A DNA stretch of 64,000 nt from Candidatus Latescibacterota bacterium (GTDB lineage Bacteria; Latescibacterota; UBA2968; UBA8231): positions 964,639-1,028,638 of the forward strand of contig CBDCNM010000002.1 of assembly GCA_965219385.1 (NCBI GenBank). The letters are read 5' to 3'. Made by a program: the position numbers and the translations under genes. The notes under the pieces were generated by a model that saw only the letters and a program-made list of their open reading frames with translations, was not told the DNA's origin and made no database searches. This document shows, piece by piece, positions 1 through 9,723 of the stretch (the first letter of the stretch is position 1; each line of letters starts with the position of its first letter).

Positions 1-3000
1 TAGGATGAAAGGTCGTACTATATTTTTCTTCATAAAACGGTTTTGCCGCAACAATCTCGCTCACGGCAGCACTTCCCGGTTTTCCATCCTCTTGACGCTG
101 TTTGACCTGTATCAAAAGTCCACCGTCTTCTTCCTCATACTGATGAGCGATAACATCTGCGCCTTTGTCGCCTGAATAGGGAGTCAATTCGACGCGGTAC
201 CCTTGCTTATTAAAAAGGGCGGCAACAAAAATCTCGAAGTATTCTGGCTCGAAGCTGTCAACATCTTCTATCGTCAGAGGAGGACCATTCTCTTTTTTAG
301 CTTGCGCTTCTTGCAATCGGGTTAGAATATCTACAGGCTTTACTTCAGCTTGTTCAGTCGGGAATAGTGTTCCTTGTGAAAGTCGACTTTTTCGCTCAAG
401 AAGTCCGTGCAGGATTACATCAAATGTTTGAAACTCCGGGTAGGTAGCCATTGGCAGGTAGATGTGAACAGGGCGCGTCTGCCCGATTCGATAAACCCGG
501 TCACTCGCCTGATCTTCTTTTGCAGGATTCCACCAGCGGCTATAATGAATAACATGATTAGCTGCGGTTATGTTGAGTCCAACACCAGCGGCGAGTGGAG
601 ACATGATAATGGCGTTGAAACCCGGAGCGGCTTGGAAACAATCGACGCTTTGTTGACGGCTCATCCTCATCGAATTTGCCCGTTGTGTGCTTCCGGGAGT
701 ATCGCCATTCACGATAGAGACCTCCTCCAAACCAAAGTGTTCCCGAATGACATGGGCCAAAAGATGTTGCGTCTTTCGACGTTCAGCAAACAGAATCACC
801 TTCTCATCAACAGAGCGATTTTTTTCGAGAAGCTCTACTGTCACCAGAAGTTTTGCCGATTGTTCGATTACCTCAGAGGTAGAAACCCGTTCCCATTGAG
901 AATCAGCCAACAAGGGATGATCTGATATGTCACGTAACTGGTGCAGAACTTGCAAGATACGGTTGCGCGATTGCGGCCTTGTTGATTCGCTGTCTTGGGA
1001 AAATTGAAGTGTGGATCGATAGCGTTCAGCCTGTTTCGGCGACATCTCGCGTTGGCACTCTTCGACATGGATATGTTTTTCAGGGAGGTCGTCTAGAATA
1101 TCGGTTTTTAGCCGTCTTTTGAGGTGAACGCCGATGCGTTTCCGAATCTGCTCGCCAAGGTCTCGAATGTCGGTCTCAGGACGCTCAAGGGGGCGGCAAA
1201 AGTCGCGGTTAAAATTCTTCGCACTGTCGAGATAGCCCGGTGCCACAAAATCCGTGATGCACCACAAATCCATCAACGAGTTTTCAACAGGTGTTCCCGT
1301 CAGCGCGAGGCGAAAATCGGTTTTGAGTGCTTTTAAAGCGTTAGTGGCAAGCGTCCCCGGTGTCTTGATGCGTTGTGCTTCGTCAATGACAACGGTCGCC
1401 CACGAAATCAAGCCCAGATCCAACTGAAAGTCGCGGACGGTTTCATAAGTGGTGAGCACGAGATCGGCAACTCGGAGGAGTTTGACATTAAGCGCGCCGC
1501 GTTGTTTACGTAATTCTTGCAACCGCTCTGCACCTTCAATTTCTGGAACCTGGATGTCATCCGCGTCAGATGACTCGCACTTGAAGGTTTGCAACTCCTT
1601 TCCGTATAGCGTAATGAAATCTAGCGCACCCTTGTCAAAAAATTTCAGGTATTCCGCCCTCCAATTCTCCAAGAGCGCAATAGGTGCAACGATGAGATAC
1701 GGTTGGCGTTGTGACTGTTGCGAGCGATATTTCGCGTTATGCCACTCCAGAAAACAGAGCACTTGTAGCGTTTTGCCAAGTCCCATGTCATCGGCAAGCA
1801 GTCCGCCCGAATATTCCTTCTCTCGAAGTTGTTGTGTCCACGCAAGCCCTTCCTCTTGATGCGGCAGGAGTTTGAATTCCTGTTTCAGGTTTGGCGGGAA
1901 TTCAAGCAGATGACGGAACGGTTCTTCGATCCGAGCATTAGGGATTTGTTCAACATAATCGGAATCCTCAATGTTCTCCCCTATAATCAAGACCGGGGTT
2001 TCCGGTTTTTCATCTGGAGAGCGCGAAGGCTTCTCGCGACGTTTGAGTTGCTTTTCAATGAAGGAGAGATGTTTTTCAACATCAGCAACGGGGAGTTTCC
2101 CCCCTTCCCATATCAGATCTTTTTGACCTGTTTGCTTTGCCGCATCAACTGCCTGCTTGATTTTTTCGCATTCCTCATCGGTTTTAATCTGAATCTTCGC
2201 CTGTGTTCCCGATTCGTCCTCAACCAAAATACCGGGAATCCACTCACTTTTGTAAGGTGAAATGAACGGATAAACCCGAGGCTGGTAGATGCCTATTTCG
2301 CGGACTCGCTCGCTGAAGGATGGGATTTCATCCGTCGGATCGAGTTCGACAATTTCCGGGTCGAAGTGTTCTTGTGGATGTTCAGCAATCTTTGCGAGTT
2401 GTTCGCGGGAAACACGCCGATAGTTCTTAACGGTTTGCAACGCTTTTCGTTGCTGCTCTTGGAAGAGTACTCGCGTTCGTCCACCATCAGGTTGAGAGAT
2501 ATTGTATGTGGGTTCCGGGTTGGGGAATTTATCAAAAACTGCTTCAAATTGTTCGCTATCAACGCCAGCCACATCCGGGATTATCTCAATGTCATCGCCC
2601 GATTCACGTAGACGCAAGCGAACGATTTTCGGCGCGACGACCTCCTCTTGATGCAAATAACGATCAAGTGCTGCACCAGTTTGATTCGCAAGTCCTTTGA
2701 TTTTTGAAAATTCGAGTAGATTCGCCTGGAAATTCTTGTCCCCCGCCTCTCGCGCATTGAACGCATCTAATTCCTCCAAAAGGACGAACTGTGCGCGTGT
2801 TAGTAGATACTTCCACTCCTGCGTTAAGCGCAATAGACAGCCGATGCGTTCAGGATGCAAAGGCTTCTGATCTGGTTTTAGGAACTGATAATTATAGCGA
2901 AACTCGGGTTGGTTGAGTGTGCCGAACGATCGGACCTCAATATCAAACGGATACGGCTCTGGCAAATCGAGCAATTGCTGTTCAACGGAACTTAGACAAC

Positions 3001-3247
3001 ACACCTCTTCACATGGCAGGTGAATCTCGTTGCCTGATGATTCCGCTTGCCCATTATCGAGCAATTCCTTGAGCAACAGCCATTGCGCTTGCGCATGATA
3101 TGCTTCCGTCGGTAGATCGGCAGCGTATTCAGTTGGCGAAAGGTGATCCAATGACGCAGTAAACCGAATGCCCGTCGGCGTTTCCTGCCAGTTGAATTGT
3201 GGCGATTCAGATTGACTTTTACGAAATAAATTTAGCATCACAATCAT
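1..3247 (-). CDS. zorD: Zorya ZorD: SNF2 helicase with C-terminal Mrr-like nuclease (3' end outside the window)
   Basis: Manual translation of a minus-strand frame that stays open to base 2. Its ATG overlaps the zorC stop (ATGA, 3244-3247). SNF2 motifs: LLADDMGLGKT, VIDEAQRIK, LTGTPVEN, AAGVGLNITAANHVIHY, WWNPAKEDQASDRVYRIGQ. Mrr-like end: GDKGADVIA...LLIQVKQ. Confidence 0.92.
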   Translation of the reverse strand, partial: MIVMLNLFRKSQSESPQFNWQETPTGIRFTASLDHLSPTEYAADLPTEAYHAQAQWLLLKELLDNGQAESSGNEIHLPCEEVCCLSSVEQQLLDLPEPYPFDIEVRSFGTLNQPEFRYNYQFLKPDQKPLHPERIGCLLRLTQEWKYLLTRAQFVLLEELDAFNAREAGDKNFQANLLEFSKIKGLANQTGAALDRYLHQEEVVAPKIVRLRLRESGDDIEIIPDVAGVDSEQFEAVFDKFPNPEPTYNISQPDGGRTRVLFQEQQRKALQTVKNYRRVSREQLAKIAEHPQEHFDPEIVELDPTDEIPSFSERVREIGIYQPRVYPFISPYKSEWIPGILVEDESGTQAKIQIKTDEECEKIKQAVDAAKQTGQKDLIWEGGKLPVADVEKHLSFIEKQLKRREKPSRSPDEKPETPVLIIGENIEDSDYVEQIPNARIEEPFRHLLEFPPNLKQEFKLLPHQEEGLAWTQQLREKEYSGGLLADDMGLGKTLQVLCFLEWHNAKYRSQQSQRQPYLIVAPIALLENWRAEYLKFFDKGALDFITLYGKELQTFKCESSDADDIQVPEIEGAERLQELRKQRGALNVKLLRVADLVLTTYETVRDFQLDLGLISWATVVIDEAQRIKTPGTLATNALKALKTDFRLALTGTPVENSLMDLWCITDFVAPGYLDSAKNFNRDFCRPLERPETDIRDLGEQIRKRIGVHLKRRLKTDILDDLPEKHIHVEECQREMSPKQAERYRSTLQFSQDSESTRPQSRNRILQVLHQLRDISDHPLLADSQWERVSTSEVIEQSAKLLVTVELLEKNRSVDEKVILFAERRKTQHLLAHVIREHFGLEEVSIVNGDTPGSTQRANSMRMSRQQSVDCFQAAPGFNAIIMSPLAAGVGLNITAANHVIHYSRWWNPAKEDQASDRVYRIGQTRPVHIYLPMATYPEFQTFDVILHGLLERKSRLSQGTLFPTEQAEVKPVDILTRLQEAQAKKENGPPLTIEDVDSFEPEYFEIFVAALFNKQGYRVELTPYSGDKGADVIAHQYEEEDGGLLIQVKQRQEDGKPGSAAVSEIVAAKPFYEEKYSTTFHP

Positions 3248-4617
3248 CTTTCTAACCGATAACTTCGCAACAGATCAATCTCAAGTTCCCATTCGATCCA
3301 CTCTGAAAAACGATCTTGCCAAGAATAACGCTCTGAGTACGTGTGTACCTCGCGATGTTCTGCCCGTCCTTGGTTACGTAATTTGCTCATGTGATACTCT
3401 GAGTCGCTCAAACTAAAGGGGCAGTTAGTGTTGTCATAGACATAGCAAGCCCCTGCTGTGCTAAACTCAACAAAGGTATAGCCGCCCATCTGAATGATGA
3501 AAGCGTGCTGATCCCTGCCACCGCCTTTTAGCGTTGCAATATTCCGTTTTTGCCCTTGGTAGTAGTGATCGCTTCTAAACAGATCTTCGGCATTTCTACG
3601 TAACACGGGACGACAGAAAGAGATATGTTCGAGATACGCCAGCCAAAATGCTTTTCGATAAGCAAACTTATGGTCGTTGCAGGCTTTGGCGACGACATCG
3701 AAGAAGAAGCGGAGGTCTTCTTTCGTAATCCATCTTGTAAAAATTTGTCGCGCCTTATCGGAAACATCACGCCAGTGCACATCTGCACCAACGATTCGCG
3801 GGTCTTTCCATTCTCGGAGGACATAGGATTGAACAGGCTGTCGCAAGTGCTCAGGCGCATCATATCCAAGTTGCTCAATGAATTTTGACAGAATAGCACG
3901 GCTGGTTTTATCATCGTTGTGTTTCTCGACAAACTTGACGACATCTGCAAAAGCCGCCGTATCACGGGGTTTGTTGAGGGCGACAAATGCTTCCGCAACA
4001 GCTCCAAAATAGCGATAACCTTGTGTATAGTCAGGCAATTCAAGATATGACCAGACATCCGATAGTTTTACTTGTGAGCGCAACAGATTCGTCGCAAGCT
4101 GGATCGTGCCGTTCTTATCGAAATACCACGCTATATTCGTTTTGAGTTTCTGGACAGATTTCCGAGTTCCATCGTAGTTGATCAGATGTTTCTTGACAAA
4201 CGCTCGGAGTATCCCTGCATTCGGTATATCCCACGCTTGCAACAAGGCATAGAAAACGCCGTGAAGTGCGCTGATGTGAAGACGGTTTTCAATTAGCTGA
4301 AGCGCGTCGCGTAGTTTCGTTGTGTCCACAATTCGATGCTTTTTATTTTCAGAGTAAGTCAACGCCCATCCAAGTTGTCGGATACGTTTGAGCGTACCAA
4401 ATTCCTTGGGGAGCCTGCTTGGGGGGGTATCTATGAAGAGGTAGTAAATCTGGCGAATATCTTCTTGATTGGGCACAGTTTGCATCCCACCACGATGCCG
4501 TTCCTCAATTTTTCTTAGCATCTCAAGAGTCTGTTGGCTGATTTTTGGCTTCGGCGCACGGTGAGCAAACTCGTCGGCATCAAATTTGGATTTAAGCAGG
4601 TCTTTCGCCGAGTTCAT
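3244..4617 (-). CDS. zorC: Zorya ZorC, EH-signature domain protein
   Basis: WKDPR...W motif, RKAFWLAYLEH, HAFIIQMGGYTFVEFSTAGACYVY; lies between zorB and zorD with 4-bp overlaps. Confidence 0.88.
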   Translation of the reverse strand: MNSAKDLLKSKFDADEFAHRAPKPKISQQTLEMLRKIEERHRGGMQTVPNQEDIRQIYYLFIDTPPSRLPKEFGTLKRIRQLGWALTYSENKKHRIVDTTKLRDALQLIENRLHISALHGVFYALLQAWDIPNAGILRAFVKKHLINYDGTRKSVQKLKTNIAWYFDKNGTIQLATNLLRSQVKLSDVWSYLELPDYTQGYRYFGAVAEAFVALNKPRDTAAFADVVKFVEKHNDDKTSRAILSKFIEQLGYDAPEHLRQPVQSYVLREWKDPRIVGADVHWRDVSDKARQIFTRWITKEDLRFFFDVVAKACNDHKFAYRKAFWLAYLEHISFCRPVLRRNAEDLFRSDHYYQGQKRNIATLKGGGRDQHAFIIQMGGYTFVEFSTAGACYVYDNTNCPFSLSDSEYHMSKLRNQGRAEHREVHTYSERYSWQDRFSEWIEWELEIDLLRSYRLER

Positions 4618-5330
4618 AATTTTCCTCCGATAATTTTGTCGAGTTGCTTTTCTGCGTTGGTCCGCACTCGAAACTCGACCCGCCGTGATTCTTCGCTATT
4701 TTGCGTACCGTCAGGATTGGCAATCAACTTGCTTGAAGATAAGCCGTTAGCGGTCAAGTACTGCTTTAGCCAGTCCCCATTTCCGCCAATTTTGGGTATC
4801 TGGAGCACATATTGAAGGACACTTCTCGTCCTGTCCTGTGATAACTCCATATTGAGGATATAGGCTTCTTCTGGACTGACCTCCTCAGACCATTCGCTTG
4901 AGGTATGTCCTTCAATCCGAATTTCCGCGATGTCATTGACGTATTTAGGGCGTTTTAAAATTCCGATGTAGCGAGGAAAAAAGGCATCCAGTATCTCTTT
5001 GAACGCTAACTGAACTTCGGCTTTCCCTTGTGCAAACAGCACTTTAGGCTCTCTGAAGCGAACAGAGAGTTTATCTCTATCCAAAACCGCCTTCCATCTC
5101 ACGAGGTCTTTTTCAAACTCTCTCTTGAGGTCGAGGTATAAATCTTCTCGTAACGACTCATATGTCTCGGCAATTTCCAACTGACGTTTCTCTTTTTCCA
5201 TCAGGTCCAACATGACGAAAGAGAGCAGGAGCACGAAAATCAGCAGTAATCCTGCCATTAAGTCGCCTAATGAAAGACTGAACGGGTTTTCATCTGCGAG
5301 CGTTTTAGATTTGGGAGGAGTTCTTCGCAT
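4614..5330 (-). CDS. zorB: Zorya ZorB, MotB/OmpA-like
   Basis: Single TM helix with the conserved Asp (SLGDLMAGLLLIFVLLL); OmpA-like motifs IRIEGHTS, NMELSQDR, SRRVEFR. Confidence 0.92.
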   Translation of the reverse strand: MRRTPPKSKTLADENPFSLSLGDLMAGLLLIFVLLLSFVMLDLMEKEKRQLEIAETYESLREDLYLDLKREFEKDLVRWKAVLDRDKLSVRFREPKVLFAQGKAEVQLAFKEILDAFFPRYIGILKRPKYVNDIAEIRIEGHTSSEWSEEVSPEEAYILNMELSQDRTRSVLQYVLQIPKIGGNGDWLKQYLTANGLSSSKLIANPDGTQNSEESRRVEFRVRTNAEKQLDKIIGGKL

Positions 5331-5336
5331 TACCGG

Positions 5337-7295
5337 TTAGTTCTCCTGCCTGTTTGTCAGTTTCTCTTTCATGTCAGTCAATTCCTCAACATTGTCCGAT
5401 AGAGCTTCAACGCTGCTAGCAAGTGCTGCTGATGCCTGGGTCAACTGATCGGAGAATTCACCGAGATACTTGTTGATCGATTCACGAGTGGAAACAGCAT
5501 AGGAATTCAAGCCCTTCTCTATTTCTCCAAATATGCCTTGCAACCCGGTGTCAATCGTTTGGAAGCGTTGCGCGAAGTCATCGAGCAACTGTTTCGACTG
5601 CACGAGGGTATCTTGAATCTGTTGTGTTGTTTCGCGGTTTGCCGTGAGATATTTTTCGTTTTCTTGCTTAAACGCATCACTCGCCTGTATTAGTTGTTGT
5701 CCCGCGCTTTCAAGCTGCGTTGCCCCTGTCGTCAACTGTCTTGAAAATGCTTGCGTAGTCTCGATTAGTTGGCGGACACTCACTATGCTTGCGTTCACCT
5801 GCTGCAACATTTCGCGTCCCATTGTGAACGTTTGCTGCGAGTTGGTGATCTGTTTATCGAAGGCTTCGATCTGCGGTTGCAGCCGTTGTAAGATGCTGCC
5901 GACGCTCTGCTCGGCATTTTGGACGCTGTCACTGAGTTGAGCAGCAGCTCGCTCAACCTGTTTGCTCATTTGTTCTCTCGCCCTTGCGGATTCTGCTGCT
6001 GTCTGAGCAGTGATCTCGCCAATTGCTTTTTGCTGTTGATCGAGTATCGATTCAAAATCTGCCATCCGCAGGGCAAACTGCTCGTTAGTTCGACTCGCTG
6101 CCGAATCCAATAGATTTTGCACATTGAAGGCAATTTGCCTCATCTTCTCATTTACTGCGTCTGCTGTCTCAGATTGAGCAGTAATCGCTCCTTGGTTTGC
6201 TTCTTGGAGAGCTTCAAGCATTTCGCCGAACATCTTTTTCATCTGATCCGTCTGTTCTTCAGACGTTGTGTCCAGCAATTGACGGGTCTGCTCGATCTGG
6301 TTTTGGACGCCCGTTATCATCTCTTTCATCTGATCGGGTAAATTCTTCAGACTTTGAGCCGCAGCACCTACCGTTTGGGCGAGTTCCTCCATTTGTGTTA
6401 CTGTTGACGAAGAAAGTGAATCTTGGAATTCCTTTATGAGTTTTCCGATAGCGTCTTCAGAAGACTCTTTTTTCTGTTGGCGCAACTCTTCTACAGTTGT
6501 ATTCAACTTATCAAGGCTTGGCGACATCGCAATTTTAATCTTGTCCGCCAAATCCGTCGAAAATGATTTAAGTGCCGCTGTCTGTTGTTCAAGTTCAACT
6601 TCTTGCTGTATCGCAATTTCTTCTTGCGTTGTCAGCGTAAATAGCCGGTCGAGTGCGCGTTGCAAATTCGCGATTGTCCGACTGACACTACTGATGCGGC
6701 TTTTCTCCACCCAGTTGAACAAGAGCGAAGTCAGCATTCCCCAAACGGAGGTCACAAACGCAGTCGATACACCCGATAGGAGTTCTTTAATAGCACTCTG
6801 AATTTGGGCTGTCTGCGTGAAGTCAATGCCAGAAAAGGGGATCAGCCCCCAAACCAATCCGACAAATGTACCAAGAATCCCGAAGCCAACCAACAGCGCA
6901 GGTACGCTATTCCAAAATCGGAGGTTCAAATGTTGCCCCAACAGGCGATCCTCGCTAAAGAAAAGCGATGCCTCGTCCGTTTTGTACACCATCTCCTGAT
7001 TTTCGCGTTGACGTGTAATGAGCGAATCTTCAAACTCTTGCCACGCCTCAGCAAGTTCGCCGTTGCGATTAAACTTTTCTTTCAATTCCTGCTTAATAGC
7101 CGGTTGAGCGGGTCTATCGTATCCACTCACTTCTTTGGTTAAACCGTTAATCAAGCGGCGGCGACGGAAAGTTATCACAGAAAAATAAATTCCCCATAGG
7201 AGGAAAGCCGCTCCAATGACGTAAGCAAAAAGGTCTGAAATCTGGTCGTTGGGAGCGTCTTTCCATGGAAGCAGCAGATTGAAAAATTCGGTCAT
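5337..7295 (-). CDS. zorA: Zorya ZorA, MotA/ExbB-like channel with long helical tail
   Basis: Three hydrophobic segments including GILGTFVGL and GVSTAFVTSVWG, then about 450 aa of Q/E-rich coiled coil. GAGGAG RBS precedes the ATG at 7295. Confidence 0.92.
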   Translation of the reverse strand: MTEFFNLLLPWKDAPNDQISDLFAYVIGAAFLLWGIYFSVITFRRRRLINGLTKEVSGYDRPAQPAIKQELKEKFNRNGELAEAWQEFEDSLITRQRENQEMVYKTDEASLFFSEDRLLGQHLNLRFWNSVPALLVGFGILGTFVGLVWGLIPFSGIDFTQTAQIQSAIKELLSGVSTAFVTSVWGMLTSLLFNWVEKSRISSVSRTIANLQRALDRLFTLTTQEEIAIQQEVELEQQTAALKSFSTDLADKIKIAMSPSLDKLNTTVEELRQQKKESSEDAIGKLIKEFQDSLSSSTVTQMEELAQTVGAAAQSLKNLPDQMKEMITGVQNQIEQTRQLLDTTSEEQTDQMKKMFGEMLEALQEANQGAITAQSETADAVNEKMRQIAFNVQNLLDSAASRTNEQFALRMADFESILDQQQKAIGEITAQTAAESARAREQMSKQVERAAAQLSDSVQNAEQSVGSILQRLQPQIEAFDKQITNSQQTFTMGREMLQQVNASIVSVRQLIETTQAFSRQLTTGATQLESAGQQLIQASDAFKQENEKYLTANRETTQQIQDTLVQSKQLLDDFAQRFQTIDTGLQGIFGEIEKGLNSYAVSTRESINKYLGEFSDQLTQASAALASSVEALSDNVEELTDMKEKLTNRQEN

Positions 7296-7343
7296 ATCTC
7301 CTCTGATTTGCAAAAGAGTAACGTTACTTATTGATTCGCCCGG

Positions 7344-7514
7344 TTAATCAGCACCGCACTCAGGATCACCGGGAATGGTGTCGTCCCATGTCGAATCGGC
7401 GAAATATATCTCGCAAAGTGCTTCGACAACGGGCGATTCCCGGTAACTTCGTTCCAGTATCGCCCTGTGCGGATCATCATGGGGAGGACATCTAGGTGGT
7501 AGCTTCGTGCTCAA
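7344..7514 (-). pseudogene. Truncated TIGR04255-family protein (N-terminal 56 aa)
   Basis: GGAGG RBS + TTG. The translation contains YRESPVVEALCEIYFADSTWDDTIPG, which resembles my recollection of the family N-terminus, then stops. Confidence 0.5.
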
Positions 7515-7610
7515 AGCTGCACCTCCATATCAAAAAGGCTCGGTAGCTGAATCTTATGCGATTCCCCTATGGGAAACAAGCCTAGATACCGCGATTTGGA
7601 GCGAGTCACG

Positions 7611-7650
7611 CCGCGACGCCGACATCCTGCTACCTCGGCTCAGAGCGCTG
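7611..7650 (+). repeat. Diverged copy of the metallophosphoesterase 3' end (matches 9675-9714)
   Basis: 36/40 identity; all four differences are synonymous in the frame encoding RDADILLPRLRAL. Confidence 0.85.
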
Positions 7651-7665
7651 GCTGATTCGCCCAGT

Positions 7666-7832
7666 TAATCACTCAAAAACGACAGGTTTGCCCTAAAACG
7701 CCGATTATCCGCAGATAGCGCAGATGAGTTGAATCAACAGTTTTCTAGTACCGGTGGTTTCCAGATCTAACCTATGGTCGGACAAAGAACTACAAGAATA
7801 CTCAGGCGAAACCTGTCGTTTTCAAGTAACTA
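7666..7832. mobile_element. MITE-like element 1
   Basis: Perfect inverted repeat AAAACGACAGGTTT (7676-7689 / 7809-7822), extendable to 24 bp with 4 transitions; no ORF inside. Confidence 0.5.
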
Positions 7833-7861
7833 AACCGTATTGGTTTTAAAAAGGCTTCTAA

Positions 7862-8072
7862 CTGGACTTTTGCAAATTTGACTTTTTGCGCGCTTTGCTG
7901 ATATTACTACAGCAATCGGCATGGAGTCCGCTAGCGACGTATTAAATGCCCAATATCCCAATATGTTGATATTAAATTACTTATAGATGAAATAGGTCAA
8001 AGCGGTTCAATCGGCTGTCTTTTCGTGAAACGATGATTTTCTACAAATTTTCCGATTTTTGCAAAAGTCCAG
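7862..8072. mobile_element. MITE-like element 2
   Basis: Perfect 15-bp TIR CTGGACTTTTGCAAA; TAA on both flanks (7859-7861, 8073-8075); AT-rich non-coding interior. Confidence 0.7.
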
Positions 8073-8111
8073 TAACGGAAGCCATGGCGGGTTTCTCCTT
8101 TTGGTCTTGGG

Positions 8112-8714
8112 CTAGTCGGGAGCGGCGCCGGATTTTTCCCAGGGCCGGATAAAGGATTCGGGCTCGACGCCCAAAGCGTCTGCCACTCGGTTGATGTAGT
8201 TGAAATAGCCGATGATCTGGACGGCGTCGTGAATGCCGCGATCATCAAAGCCGTGCTGACGCAATTGGTCGATATCCTCAGCGGTTGAGGCCTGCGGTCG
8301 CCGGGTCAGTTTTTCGGCAAAGGCGCATAGGGCCCGGTCGGCTGGGAGCAGATCGGCCCGGCGCCAGTCCGCGGATAACTGATGCACCAGCCGGTCGGCC
8401 GGGGCCCCTTCCGCAACGGCAAAATCTCCGGCGACCTCAGCCCGGAGGTCGTGGGCGTGGCCGCGTATTCAGTACACGCAATGGTTCGTGGCCGAAACGA
8501 CCACGGCCAGCATTTCGCGCCGGCCCCGGCTCAGGGGCGAAGGGCCGTACATGAGGGCTCTGTAAAAATCCATTGAGCTCTTCAGGGCCCGGGGGTTGGG
8601 GCTCATAATGGAGACAATGCCCCAAATGCGCCCAGCCCGGGCCCGGGCGGCTTCGTACTGCTTTTTGAGCAGGCCGGTGGCTCGTTTTAGGGGAACGATG
8701 TCTATATAGGGCAT
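8112..8714 (-). CDS. AhpD/CMD-family peroxidase-related selenoprotein (200 aa; Sec at TGA 8469-8471)
   Basis: ORFs 8469-8714 and 8112-8387 are in the same frame with no other stop between them. Readthrough gives NHCVY-U-IRGH (CxxU in place of CxxC) and a typical C-terminus GYFNYINRVADALGV. Confidence 0.85.
8432..8451 (-). promoter_or_regulatory. Putative bacterial SECIS hairpin
   Basis: CGACCUC-CGGGCU-GAGGUCG begins 17 nt after the UGA, with G at loop position 2. Confidence 0.65.
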
Positions 8715-8829
8715 TTTCTAATCACCTTTGCGGCGCAGGGGTGCAATTTTGCCATGATCTTTTCCTCTTTCGGTTGTCTTTCCAATCGCTTTCTATCATC
8801 TTTAAGGACCTTGTACAGGAGCTGTTTCC

Positions 8830-9723
8830 ATGCCCGTTCGCTTCGCCTTCCTCACTGACACCCACCACTACCCCGACGCCCCCGAGGACTACGGCGCCCC
8901 CAAGATGCTTACCCGCAGCCAGGAGGTACTCGACGCGATCCCCCCCGCCCTCAACGCCCAGGCTTTCGACTTTGTCGTCCACGGCGGCGACTTCCTCTGC
9001 GGCGGGTCGTCCTTCAACCTGCCCACCGAGACCTATTTGCGCTCGATTGACGAGGCGGCTACGGCCTTCGCACGGATCGAAGCCCCTTTCTATTCAATCC
9101 CCGGCAACCACGACTGCGACGCCCAGAGCGGGTCCTTCGACGGTTTCGCCGCCCGCTTCCCCTATCCCGACCCGCTGACCGTCGTCGATGCCGCCCCGCG
9201 CCTGCGGCTGGCCCTGGCCAACGTCTTCCACGCCTGCGATGTCTTCGAGAAAGGGACCGGCGTCTGGACCGACGCGCTGGACGAGGCCCTGCGCGCTGCC
9301 GCCGCCCAAGCCCTGGCCGACGGCTGCGCCCTGCTGCTCGTCCTCCACACCTGGATTTTGCCCGACTTCGACCGGGACCGAGGCGTGGTCGCAGGCGCGG
9401 CCCGCCTTGTCCAAACCCTCGACGAAAGCCCCGCCCTCGTCGCCGCCTTCACCGGCCACCGCCACATCAACCGCATCACCCCCCACCGCGACTACCTAAT
9501 CGTCGATACGGCCTGCCTGATCGGCTTCCCCTTGGAGTATCGCTGCGTCGCACTCTCCGCCGATGGCTTTTTCAAGACGAGCTTCCACACCCTAAACCTG
9601 CCCGATCTTCTCCAAGATTCCTACAACCGCTCGACGCCCGAGGAGAACCGGGTCTGGGAAGGCCACATCCCCGACCGGGACGCGGACATCCTGCTGCCTC
9701 GGCTCAGGGCGCTGTGGGGTTGA
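8830..9723 (+). CDS. Calcineurin-like metallophosphoesterase
   Basis: Motifs TDTH, HGGD, PGNHD, LHT, GHRH. Confidence 0.9.
   Translation: MPVRFAFLTDTHHYPDAPEDYGAPKMLTRSQEVLDAIPPALNAQAFDFVVHGGDFLCGGSSFNLPTETYLRSIDEAATAFARIEAPFYSIPGNHDCDAQSGSFDGFAARFPYPDPLTVVDAAPRLRLALANVFHACDVFEKGTGVWTDALDEALRAAAAQALADGCALLLVLHTWILPDFDRDRGVVAGAARLVQTLDESPALVAAFTGHRHINRITPHRDYLIVDTACLIGFPLEYRCVALSADGFFKTSFHTLNLPDLLQDSYNRSTPEENRVWEGHIPDRDADILLPRLRALWG

Noticed and set aside
407..2766. Short ORFs listed in the first 2.8 kb
   Set aside because: They are shadows of zorD, which occupies the minus strand.
7332..7832. Integron attC cassette array
   Set aside because: The repeats lack proper RYYYAAC/GTTRRRY ends, and the recombinase at 57569 is Cre-like rather than IntI-like.
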